Shown here one piece after another: positions 1 through 12,800 of a stretch of DNA of 64,000 nucleotides (positions are counted from its first letter, which is position 1; the number at the start of each line of letters is the position of its first letter). A model generated the notes under the pieces. That model was not told the DNA's origin, ran no database searches, and saw nothing but the letters and a program-made list of their open reading frames with translations. This DNA comes from Antedon mediterranea (taxonomy: Eukaryota > Animalia > Echinodermata), in the NCBI RefSeq assembly GCF_964355755.1, contig NC_092672.1, positions 10,478,001 to 10,542,000 on the forward strand. The letters are read 5' to 3'. The position numbers and the translations under genes were made by a program.

Positions 1-830
1 CGTTAGGTCTGGTCAATCATAATGCTGGTGTTGGTCAAGTTTCTTTTATTCTATTCCTTAGGTCTGGTCAATCATAAGGCTGGTCAAGTTTTTTTCAATA
101 GCAATCCCTTGGTTTGGTCAATCATGTTGGTAAACATGGTGAAGTTTCTTTTCTAATATTGCTGGGCAATCATAAGGCTAGTGTTTGGTCAAGTTTATTG
201 TCTAGAAATACATTGGTCTTGTCAATCACAATGTTGGTGTTGGTGAAGTTTCTTTTCTAATATTGCTGGGCAATCATAAGGCTAGTGTTTGGTCGAGTTT
301 ATTGTCTAGAAATCCATTGGTCTTGTCAATCACAATGTTGGTGTTGGTAAAGTTTCTCTTTTAATACTGCTTGTGAAGTTTATTTTCTAGAAATCCATCG
401 GTCTGGTTAATCACAATGTTGGTGTTGGTGAAGTTTCTTTTCTAATACTGCTAATGAAGTTTATTTTCTAGAAATCTATTGGTCTGGTTAATCACAACGT
501 TGGTGTTGGTAAAGTTTCTTTTCTAATACTGCTGGTGAAGTTATTTTCTAGAAATCCATTGGTCTGGTCAATCACACTGTTGGTATTGGTGAAGTTTTTT
601 TTCTAATATTGCTGGTCAATCATAATGCTGGTGTTTGGTCAAGTTTATTTTCTATAAATCCCTTGATTTGGTCAATCACAATGTTGGTGTTGGTGAAGTT
701 TCTTTTCTAATATTGCTGGTCAATCATAAGGCTAATGTTTGGTCAAGTTTATTTTCCAGAAATCCCTTAAACTGGTCAATCACAATGTTGGTGCTGGTGA
801 AGTTTCTTTTCCAGAAATTCCTCTGTCAAG
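1..830 (-). repeat. Degenerate tandem array (~50-bp monomer, ~80 and ~103-bp higher-order units) overlapping the CLCN6 stop codon and 3'UTR
   Basis: Minus-strand monomer GAAAAKAAACTTSACCARCACCARCATTRTGATTGACCAG repeated roughly 15 times. The copy nearest 830 is the CLCN6 coding end ([11 protein letters not shown]). The array runs off the window start. Confidence 0.9.
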
Positions 831-3800
831 TTATGTCGTGTAATCATTCCAAGTATCTTAAGACAAAAAAAATATTAGTGAGAAAACATCAGATGTAACT
901 AATTTTGTACCTCATAAGTGTATCTAATAATTTGTTTACAATTTTTAGTGGGATGAAAGCGACATTTCAAGAACGGTGGACACCTCGAAAAAGGAAGAAC
1001 TTTGTGATGAAGATGTAATGGCAGAAATAGAACGTGAGCTAGGCATGACAGTTGAAGATTTCTTAGCTGCAGACTCTGAGACAATACGTTCACCAAGAAC
1101 AGCTGAATTTATGCGTGAATCAAGGGATATGGAACAGGCGACAGAGAATGGACAGTTGGACAGTGACGGAGAAGTCGACGAAGAGGGAGAAATCAAAGAA
1201 GAGGTGAATGGAGAGGATAACCTGGAAGAATTCTGGCAAGAGTTAAATATTATGAAGGCATAGTATCAAATGGGATAACACCATTCATGATCCTGTATTT
1301 TTTATAAATAAAACAACTTTGTTTTGCCATTGCACCTTGAAATATGATCAAAGATTTTTTAAACAAATTAAAAGTACTAGATCTGTTTTATTTGTAATTG
1401 AATAGAAATATTAAATTTTGCTTGTGGATGTCAAATTTACAAATATCACCTAAAACATCAACCAAAAATTATAAAGTGTGTGTTTTTAAAAATGTTATTA
1501 ACTTATACTATATAAATTACAGGAAAGTTAAATACACAGTGCTTGTGTTTTATGGTTATTGTAAATTGATATTGAAATAATACCATAAATAATATGACAA
1601 TACAAATATTGGTAGGGTTTGAATTCAAATATTTGCAAGTATGTCAACAACTGTGTATCTGTTATGAATGATTTACTTAATATATTTATTAAGTCAACCT
1701 TTTAACTTTTAGCAATTAGTAAACACTTCACTTCATTAAATAAAATGAAAATTTCATGATGTAGATAACGTAAATACCGAATACTTTTAAAATTTATAAT
1801 TTTTAAAAGTTGGTATTTTGTAATTAATATTTATTCACTATTAAGAGTTTTTGATTTCTGTTTTTCTTTTAAAATTTTTACTCAGAAGAATGTTCTTGCA
1901 CTGAAATTATAGACTAGTGTTTGTGTTTCCATTTACACTTTTAAATAAGTGTCCGATACAGAGGGTGTAAGCTTACAAAGTTCAAGTGTATATTAATATT
2001 TATAATCAAAGTAACTATAACATAACATACAGTAGTCTTCCATTTTTTATTAAACTCAATACAACAGCCTTCCACATTTATCTTTTATTGGAAAATGCTA
2101 GTGTATTATATTTTAAAACCAGATTGAACTTTTCATATGCAATTAAAAAAAATCAGTCAGCCCAAACAAAAATTATGAAATTGTATTATAAAAAAAAGCT
2201 TATGATTAATTGATTTGTATATAATATGAAATTATTTTATAAAACAAATATATACTGATAAACTAAATGAAAGAATAAATTTTACCAAAGACAATTATTT
2301 TGTGAATGAATAGTTTTACATTTTTTTTTCAACAAACATTTAACTAAATCACTGATTTTAACATTATAGGTAATTGTTTGAAGGTTGCATGATGAAAATC
2401 AAGATGATATGAATGTATCTAGATCATATCATGATCGTTGCGTATTAAAATTGGAATTTATTCTGATGATTGTGAGGGCGTTTGTTGTATGAGAGAATGT
2501 GTCTGGTCGGTAAAAATTTGTGATAATATCATATATGGCTCTGTAGTCTAGTGGTATGATACTCGCCCTGTTAGCGAGAGGTCGCAGGTTCGAATCCTGG
2601 TAGAGACATGAGCTATGCTCGACGCAATCATAATATCATATTCCGAATATGAGCACTGTTTCTATAATTTTACAGTATGATTTATAAATCATTCATTAAT
2701 TTGATCGTTATTAGTATTGATCTAAACGTCAAGAAGCTCAACAGTTCTTTTCAGAACTACATAATTAGAAAGAAAAACTATTCTCAAATGTTTGGGTATA
2801 TTACAATTATTTTACTTACCTCTCCATTACTATTGACTACTGGCAGATGGCGTAAGCCCATTGTACGGAACAGCTGAAAGACTTTAGTAACAGGGGTTTC
2901 AGGCAAGATAGTGTAAGGGCACGATGTCATGTATTGCTCAACATCCTGTATATAAAACAAAAGTATTAATTAAACAAATATTTGTAGTAGATAATTACAG
3001 ACAGCTTTAACAGAACAAGCATAATTAGTGTACCAAAGTTGGTACTGTATGCCTACTATGCAGTATCAAGCCCACCCATTAATTTTAAGAATTATTAACA
3101 ATCAACACACCAATGTTGCTTTTCTAAATAAATTATTTCCTCCATTCTCTCGACAAAAATGCACTAAGTTAATTATTAAGAAAGTGGGGAACAGGCTTAT
3201 GTGCAATGCACTAAATTAATTAATTATTAAGAAAGTGGGGAACAGGCTATGTTGCCAATACTAAGTTGGCAAATGCTACAGAAAGACTCTCCCTAGAATG
3301 TTGAGAAAAGCTTTAAAACATTATTTCATTTCATACATGGTTTTCCAATTTAATTCAATTCATTCATTATCTATTCATTTGTTTTGATTATCAGGCATTT
3401 TAGCCACTGTATATCTTTTCATTATATCTTTTTATGACAGATAAAAGTTCATACCATGATCATTTTTTTACTGATTCTTTGTAAGTTATATAGCGAGTGT
3501 ATATCAGGGTAGCGTGGATATGACTCTGTCAATGTCTCGTAGTCTATATCAGGCTGACTTGTTCTCTGAAAAATTATTAAATAATAATAAATATGTATGC
3601 ATTTCATATATGCACTTAGGAACAAAAAGATGGTAATAATAACAGTACTACTAGCCTACTATAACATTAAACACCCAATGGTCTGATAGTAAGACGTCTA
3701 CAAGCAGAAGATCCAGGGTTTAAATCTCGGTTTCAGCAGATTTGTCTCATTCTTAAAGATTTCCTCATCTTAACCATTTAAAAATCAATGAACAATATAT

Positions 3801-6800
3801 CAGTTTAATGATAATAGGATAAAACTGCTACTATACAAATAGTATTGCCCTACAAACTACTGTATTGTCCTATACAAATTATTGTACTGTATTGGCTACT
3901 GAGCTAATTGTAATCAATTCTCATCAGTTCAACACCAATGAAACAAATCTTACTGTTAAATGTTCTGGATAATATACATTCTTTTCCAATAGTACAACTA
4001 GATGACTACGAAGGACTAGTCCATGGAATGTCAAAGGTCGATATTTTTCTTCAATAGCAGTACTGCAATAACATAGCAAAGAAAACAGATATTTTGAATA
4101 TTTTGATTTTAGGCCAGGCTATTTGCAAGCTCTTTTTATTTCAGCACTCTCTCGAGCGTGTCTAGGCCAAGTAGCATCTTCCAAAACACCCACTATTTCA
4201 TGTATATTATAGTTGCTATGCATTTTTTTTAGTCTAATTTTCTCTTTGTAAATGTAATCAATATTATCTATTTACAACAGAACCATTGGTTTGTCCTCAT
4301 TTTATGCTTTGTATTTAATATTTGTATGGCATTTGATAAATGTTGAATTTACTTTCAAAACAGGAATAAACATGGGGGTTTAAAACTAAACTTACTTTAT
4401 TAGTAAAGAGTCTTCTATTGAGTTTTCTTGAGAATTAGCAAGAGAATTTTCACTAGGTTGCTCATCATCTTCTGTTGGCTGGTCCACATCTCTCATTCTA
4501 TGATCACGTCGCTCCGTGTAGCTTCCATATATCCCATCGTTGACCGACAAAGTCCGATGGCGCTGTTCCGCAGCTCTAGTTAATGTTCTCTCCTTCTGTT
4601 TAGATAAAATTTCTATGATGATTGTATTGTATACCGATTTAGTCCTGTGTCAATCTACTCACTATTCATCACGGTTTGTAGAATAACACAGATATTTTAC
4701 CTTATAAAGAATATTGTTTTGAGCTAACACGCTACCACGCTCCATAAGAATCTCCTCCCTCTCTGTAACGACAGGAAAAGCGTGATGCGCAGTTGTACGC
4801 AGCATGTTTACAATTGACCGCACACGTGTATGTGGATAGATATAACATAAATCTGTGTCCATGATTTCGTGTGCATGCAGCCTAAAGTTACAACAAAAAT
4901 AACTATTAAAGCAAGCAAAACCAATGTAATTGCAATATCTCTATAATAAGCATAGTTTTGGTTTCATAATAAAATAAAAAGTGCATGTATACATTTGTTG
5001 TTTCATGCTTGTTATTGAAAGCTCTAGTGGTCTAATAGAAGGGTGCCTCCAAATCAAACAGAAAAGTCCCAGTTCGAATCTGGTTTTGGAATTTTTTCAC
5101 TCTAGTAATTTTTTTATCTTCATCATCTACACATAATTTTCAGCTCTATGATCTAATAATAGAGTACCATCATTTCAAAATAGGAGAGTCCCAGTTTGAA
5201 TCTGGTTTTGGAATTTTTTCACTCTAGTAATTTTTTTATCTTCATCATCTACACATAATTTTCAGCTCTATGATCTAATAATAGAGTACCATCATTTCAA
5301 AATAGGAGAGTCCCAGTTTGAATCTGGTTTTGGAATTTTTTCACTCTAGTAATTTTTTTATCTTCATCATCTACACATAATTTTCAGCTCTATGGTCTAA
5401 TAATAGAGTGCAACCATATCAAATAGAAGAGTCTCAGTTCAAATGTGAGTTGGGGTTTCTTTCAATAGTAGATTTTGTCATCCTTACCATTTACACATAA
5501 TTTCCAAATTATATCTATATAATCAATTAAGCTTGTTATGTTTCAGTTTGAAAATTAAGAATATATTTTCATTAGACATGTTCCATCACTAATAACAAAT
5601 TATAATCAAAAAATAAAATTGCCTTTCTGCTTTCTTTGGTGCATCCCACTCTAGAAGGGGAACTCCTTTGACATCAACATGAATATCGTAAAGGCCACGA
5701 TTGAAAAGATCACCTGACCATTTTGCAACCTAAAAAAAATTGTTTATATTATTATTATATTACACATTAATTATATACTTTTTGCATATATAAATTTAAA
5801 AGCATAGAGAAGCTTTAACTAAATTAATTATTTCTGAAACATTAAAGATTAGGAAAACTGTGAGAAAGAAAAAAAGCAGGGCCCAACCAAGATTCTAACT
5901 CAGGATCTTTTGCTTGATATGGAGACATTCCAGCATTAGACCTACCTACCTATCTATCATGACAAGGTTTAAATTTGATTGATTTGTTTTTTTTAGTGTC
6001 TAACAAACAAAGTTACAAATTTGTCTCAATGTATTATTTCAAATTTATTTTCTAAAAAATAATTTACCAAATAATGAATCCTTACCATAAGAACTACCAT
6101 GATAGGAAGTCCGTAACTAATCTCATTGGTCGATTCAATCAGAATAACTGTCAAGCTAATTGTCATGCGAACAACGCCACCTAGGAAAGCTGCTGACCCC
6201 ATCAACGCAAATGTTCCTGTGTAAATATTCTTGTAACCAACGTATCTGAAACATTAAGATTATGAGTGAGTGAACTTATTCATTATATACTGAATGTAAT
6301 GTTAATGTTGTCAAATTTTTATAATGCTTTTAAAAATCAACAGATTGTCCCAAAGCACTTATAATTTTAAAAATGGGAGAAAAACAGATTAAAATTACAA
6401 AGAACAACAAAGATGGGTTTAAAAACTTCGATAGAAGGTGCATTTTTAATTGAATAAGGAAGATTGTTTCACAGTATAGGAGCTGCAACTGCAATGGCTC
6501 TATCACGTATTCAGGTGACTAGGTGGAAAACAAAGTACAGATGTACTAGTAGTCGACTTTTACAGACTGAAGATCTACGTTTATTTATTAAGGTGAAAAT
6601 AATATGTAATATTATGTTATTTAATCATAGTACCCTCTTTCTTCATATACAGAAGAAACCTTCCTTTAAGACACCTCTATTTAGGGGAAACTCCATTAAG
6701 CTCTCTTTCACCCCTGTGGAATATATAATATTATGTTTTCATACTACAGTCAACTTTTTCAGGGGAAACCTCCTTTAAGGAGGAACTTTGTTGGAATCTT

Positions 6801-9800
6801 TGTAGATGTCCCTTTTAATATGGGTTTTGCTGTATGTAAATAACAATACTAATGAAAACTCACACATTTAGCACATTGCCAACAAAGCGACCATAGGCAG
6901 CACCACAAAGTAAACAAGGAACAAACAAACCACTAGGAACCATTGCACCATATGTCCAACATGCCAAGAAGAAGAACAACATAAAGAAGATCCCAAGAGA
7001 TGATAGACTAAATGCACCTAAAAATAGAAATAGATATTAAAAAATATTAATACACACTGAGAAAGCATGGACATGATAGTGCAAAGATGTTGTCAATTAA
7101 ATTTAATGAATAATAATTTGCTAGTCAAGTTGGCTACCAATCCAAGGGTCCTGGATTCAAGTCCTGTTATATGTCAGGATTTTTTCTAATGACAATATAC
7201 AACTCCACTCCCAAAGACTTTGTTTATGTAGAGCATCTTGTGTATCTGTTTGTCTTGTGAACAGGATTGCCACCTTTACTGAATAAATTAGCTTATTTTT
7301 CTAAATAAATAAATGAAATAAAACACAAAACAAAAAACATATTTAGAACGAAATGTCACTCTTTACCTTCCTGATGGAATAGCTGTTTAATAGCAACTTC
7401 TTGTGAGTTAAAGAACAGTGTTGCCATGTCGTTATAGTAACCTTCCTGGCAGAAGTAATTCCTTGTCGAATTAAAGGCTTCCTGGCTGGCATCATTATCA
7501 GGTGTATTCGTCTATAAAAACATTATAATATTTAAGAAATTTCAACTTCTATTTTGTTGTTTATCATTATTTTTTTATGGTGACATAAAGTTTGATAGTG
7601 TAGACAGAGATTAAAGCTACATGTTTGTCCTTTTAAACTTGATTCAATTCTGTTTCCAAATGAATGTAATATAATGACTTGTCTACACTATAAAACTAAT
7701 TTTACACTATAAACAAGTTTGATGTTCTTAAATATGGTAGTGATATGACATCATCATGTCCATATATGGGCACATCACATTTTATTGTCACATAAAGTGC
7801 TATAGTGTAGACAGAGTTTTAGTCATAAAATAAAGGTTTTTTGGTAGCATTTATGACAAGTTTCATATAAATACATGTTTCTATTTATAAAAATAGGCAA
7901 ACGTAAAGTGAAAATAGAAGAAATACTTACAGGAATTTGTTTACATTGTCCAAGAGTGACAGCTGCAAGGAAGGCAACAAATGTTGTTATCATTGCAATC
8001 AAAACTGCTTCCATGATTCTTTAAAACAAAAATAAAGCAAAGATTAAAAAGATAATAGTATCTAAAAAACAACAGAGCAAAACTATTTGACACACAACAT
8101 TATTATTATATTGAAACTACCAAAGCAATTCTTATTATTGTGAAATATTATATTATTGAGACACTATTGATTCTGTACTACTAATTTGATTTATTTTCTG
8201 TTTCAGTTTAGCTGATTAGATCTGTATGCAAACTTCTCTTAACTTTTGAAATATCTTCATACTCCAGAAGACAATTGAACACAAAATTTGTTACAATTAA
8301 ATAAACATTTCATTATTTGTTTTATCCTTACCTCACATATATTTTCTTTGAGCTAACATGACGCAGTCGGTAACGTGTCAAAGTCTTGTTGAGAGAGTTA
8401 AACAGCGCCCCCAGCAGACCGCCAACAAAACCCATGGCAATGAAGATTAAAAGGTCACCAGCTGTCCATAGGTTACACTTTCCCGTTCCACACTAGCAGA
8501 TAAAGGCAATATTTTTTATCTTTTTATTTTAATGATTCAATCGCAAAAATCTGCAAAAATCTTACCATAAAATCCTAAGTAATAATCTTAAATTTACCTC
8601 AAATATTCCAAAGTTGATGAGACCTGGCTGGTTGACACCTCCCCAGTTACTGAGTCTCACTCCAGAGAGTATAAAGTTAAGTGTGAAGGTAGCAGACATG
8701 GCGCAAAAAAACTGAAATATAACAGGGGAAAACAACTCATTCATATGTACTATGAGCAAAATAATAATAGTAATCAATACAATACAATCCCTCATGGGAA
8801 AATTAAATGGGATACATTCAGGAATCAAGCAAGTGTCTTAATAGTGTTAAAATATATATACAGCTGGTTTGTTTTACTTAATAGAGGTCAAATACGGGTG
8901 TACCAAAATAGGGTTGGTTGTCGTATAAAAATATATACACCGATTTTTTGTTTTAAATAGGGTTGGTTGTAGTGTTAAATATATATACTGCTTGTTCGTT
9001 TTACTTAATAGGGGTAAAATAGGGGTGTCCCCTGAATAGGGTTGATTGTAGTGTAAAAATATATACACCATTTTTTTGTTTTACTTAATATGGGTAAAAT
9101 AGGGCTCTCCCCTAAATAGGGTTGGTTGTAGTGTTAAATATATATACCCCTTTTTTTGTAAAATAGGGGTGTCCCCTGAATAGGGTTGATTGCAGTGTTA
9201 AAATATATATACCGCTTGTGTGTTTTACTTAATAGGGGTAAAATAGGGGTGTCCCCTGAATAGGTGTCCCAAGAAAGGTGTTCAACTGTAATTAATAGGC
9301 TACAGTTGTTAATATTTTATTAGATACTAAAAACATTTTTTCCTTACTTCTTACAGTCTTAAACCTATGTGATAGAATAGTAAGTAAGTAAGTCATTTTG
9401 CCATAGCTATATATTATTTTCTTACCGTTCTCCAGGTCAATGATTGATTCCAGAATGATGAACCCTCTTCTAGACTAAAGAGTACACCTCCTATCGGAGC
9501 ACCAAATGCAGCTAAAATAAATACAAGTTTGTTGAGAATTATCGTTGACAAATACATTTAGAACAAATTAAACAAACACAATGTATTAATGTATTGGCAA
9601 ATTGAGAATGAGGAGTAGCTTAAAAGGATTAAAAGTCTAAGAGACATAATATAATACGCCTTTTACATCGTCTAGCAAAACTCTGGTGATTACAGGGCAT
9701 CGACACTGAGTTTTGTATGATGTGCGCACAATATGTAAACTCCGGAGGTTTACCAAGCCATGTGAAAGTTGGTAGTAGGCCTACTTTATACCTCAGCTCA

Positions 9801-12800
9801 AGACAAGAAATAAAATAATTATGGAATTTACATTGCAACTTACCTGCAACTCCTGCTGCAGCTCCACCAGATACAAAATCTCTCTTATCTCTGGAATAAA
9901 CATTGATTAAACCTATTTTATTGTTTTTGTATGTGTTTGCTCTTCATATAACTTATTTGTATTTTGATGGGAAATATCTACTGTACTAGTCAATGTGTTC
10001 TCAAGAGAACATTTTGCTTGATAAAGTTCAAATCTTACCTGTCAGTTCTGAAGTATGGAAAATCAAATTTGAATTTCTTGAACGTTATACTTTGGAATTG
10101 TGGGACACCTGCTCCAATTATTGCACCACTATGAATCATGGGACCTTCCTTTCCAACAAATAATCCTGAAAGTTCAAAGAAATGAAAACATTTGGTTCAT
10201 AAACTATGGTATACCTGCCAACTTTTTCAGTTGAAAATGCGTGAGACAATAAATAAAAATTGTATAACGTGCCATCTATGTTATAATAACTTTAAATAAT
10301 CGTGAAATACACCCTATGTTTATTTTTTTCGCAGAATTGAGTTTGGCTTTCCTGTACTACCTCAACCATAAAATACAAATAAACATAGGCCTAGGCTAAT
10401 TATGCTCAAATTAATAAAATAAAGTGTAGTCCTAGTTAATTTTCCCTTCCAAAATAAAGTTTTTCTGAATGTTTTTTATGAATGCATGAGAAATAGCCAT
10501 GTTTGCGTGATCCATAAAAAATTGGCCCTCATGCGTGAGAGAGAGTTGGCAGTGTACTATGGTTTGGCCAAAATGGAAAACTTCTATATCAATCGACAGA
10601 AATACAGTCCCATCAATTAAAATGTTTCAAAAGATACAATCATTTTAATCATGTAAAGTGTATGATAAGTTGTTCATGAAGTGGTAGAAAAATGTTGAAT
10701 AGAGAACAAAGTTCAAACAAGCGCGATAACAATATTATTCTAAAACATTTAATAGATAATAAAATAGATCTACTATGAAATGTATTTAAGGTACCGGTAC
10801 ATTATAGACCCAACCAGGCTTGACAGTGCTTGCTTGCTATATTACTCATTTAAAGCTTGGAGATGCTTTACTTGTTTTAGTACTCCCTGTACAAGTTTTA
10901 CATATATTTAAATGCTTGACTGCACTGTTAATTGTTGTTGAATAAATTTACCTAGAATAATTGCTAAATAATTAAATTTAATACATACCTCCAGCTACAC
11001 TAAATAACACACCAACAGCTTTGCAAACAAGTGTTTTCAGACGGACAACACGTGGAATCTTAACACCATTTAAATAACACTTTATCTCTGGTATTCCCGA
11101 TCCTGCAGCTATAGGCTGAAAAAAAATAGTTTTTGTGCAGACAAGAATTTGATAAGAGAACATGTGATACAGCATTGATTGAAATTGAAATTTATATTTA
11201 TACTGGGTAACCTCTTCAGTCAAAGACTGGTCTCCCAGAGGGCCCAGTTGGTGATCAGTGGCTGTGATGTACTAATACATCGGGGTAACCCCCTACTCGT
11301 CTCGAAAGATGTACTAGGTTCTTTAAAGTGCACAGGAGCTAGATGTGTACACTGGACCTACGGTTTATAGTCCTTATCCGAGAAGACTCGTTCTACCACC
11401 AGAACCATGGAGTGAGTGAGCCTCGAACCTCTGTCGATGTTATGGCTACGTAATTACGGTTCCACTGTCTTAACCGCTCGGCCACTCACTCACATTAGGT
11501 GTAGACAAGAGAAAAAGACAACCATCCCCAAAGTATACACTTGATAACATGGTGATAGTATTAACTATTAGTAATACAGTCAACTCTCCCAATACCAGAC
11601 TCTCTGAAAACTCCCCCAAAACCAGACTTGAGGACTAAAGGGTCACAAATTCATTTTTAATATTCAAAAAATATTCCGGAAAACCCAAGGATTTCTGGTA
11701 ATGAGAGAGTTGACAGTATTTTAGAAAAAGGAAGATTACTTACCTCAAGAGCCACCAGTGATGCAGCAATTAGTGTGAAAATAGCATTGAAGAGAAGGAG
11801 AAGAAGAAGAGAAACCACAAGACAACCATCCTCACTACATTTGACAATGGCTAGTTGTAATAAAACTTAAAGAAAATTCATAAATAAATGTAAATATAAA
11901 ATTGCTTGAAGTGTTTTTATAGTGTTTTGGAAATATACGAATACAAATCTTTTAAATGGCCGTTTTTAGTATCTGTCAAAGTGCTAACTGTATGAAATAA
12001 TGCAAGCATTAGAGCGGTTAGTGCAAAAGAAGAAATTAACGGCGTTCCATACTCAATACTCACTATATGATGATGATTAATTATGCCTTTGTGCAGATAC
12101 TATGGTCATATTGACACTTCACAAATAGAGGTGGACAGCGCAGATAGAAAATAAAATAATAAAATAAACTAAATAATAAATACAACTATAAATAAACTTT
12201 TTATTGTAGTTGTTGTTTACTACTGTACTGTATATCTTTTTTTTTTTTGTGTATTTTGTTGTCCTTTCCATTTGGTCGAGTGCCACTGTTGTAAAAGTGT
12301 AACCTCCAAATAAATTATCATTAGTATAATTTCTGAAAAAATTAAGCTACTGTATATTGCCTGACTAATTGTTGGGTGCTGAGTTAAAACACAGTCTGAA
12401 AAACCATACAAAAAAGGCATAATTCTTCTTTTATTTTTTAGACTGTCGCCATACTGCAACAGAACTGTTTTTATATACAAAATAGACTATTATTAATAAA
12501 AGGATACATTGATCAACTGTGGCAAATTTCCAATTGTTGAGAAGGGAAACAATCAGATCTATACCAACTGCAACCTGAAAGCAAAGGGCAGAACTTTTTT
12601 ATTTAATCATTGGATAAAAATGTATTATGGACTTATGTGTTGTGCACAATGTGGTAGGCCCTAAATCTACTTGCCAACTGTAGCCTATGCCATCTCCTCT
12701 GCACCTGCGGCCAAAATCAGAGCACGAAACATTTGCATAGCCTAGCCTTTGTCATTTGATACAGGCATTAACAATATAATTTACCCAATTCAACTAATAA

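Noticed and set aside
765-778. Stop-codon readthrough or selenocysteine at the CLCN6 TGA-C
   Set aside because: An in-frame TAA follows two codons later (TGA CCA GTT TAA), no SECIS was seen, and the stop position matches the human protein length.
1-830. CRISPR-like or protein-coding reading of the repeat array (ORF 635-898)
   Set aside because: No unique spacers, no cas genes, eukaryotic context. Units carry stops and frameshifts, and the plus-strand ORF is antisense to the CLCN6 last exon.
2440-2535. Candidate CLCN6 last exon ([10 protein letters not shown]...)
   Set aside because: Poor similarity. The exon at 776-856 ([11 protein letters not shown]) matches ClC-6 and has a proper acceptor and phase.
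4110-4195. Possible extra CLCN6 exon corresponding to the human YTPYPNLYPD segment
   Set aside because: In-frame TAG in the required phase and no similarity. Exons 18 and 19 join in frame without it.
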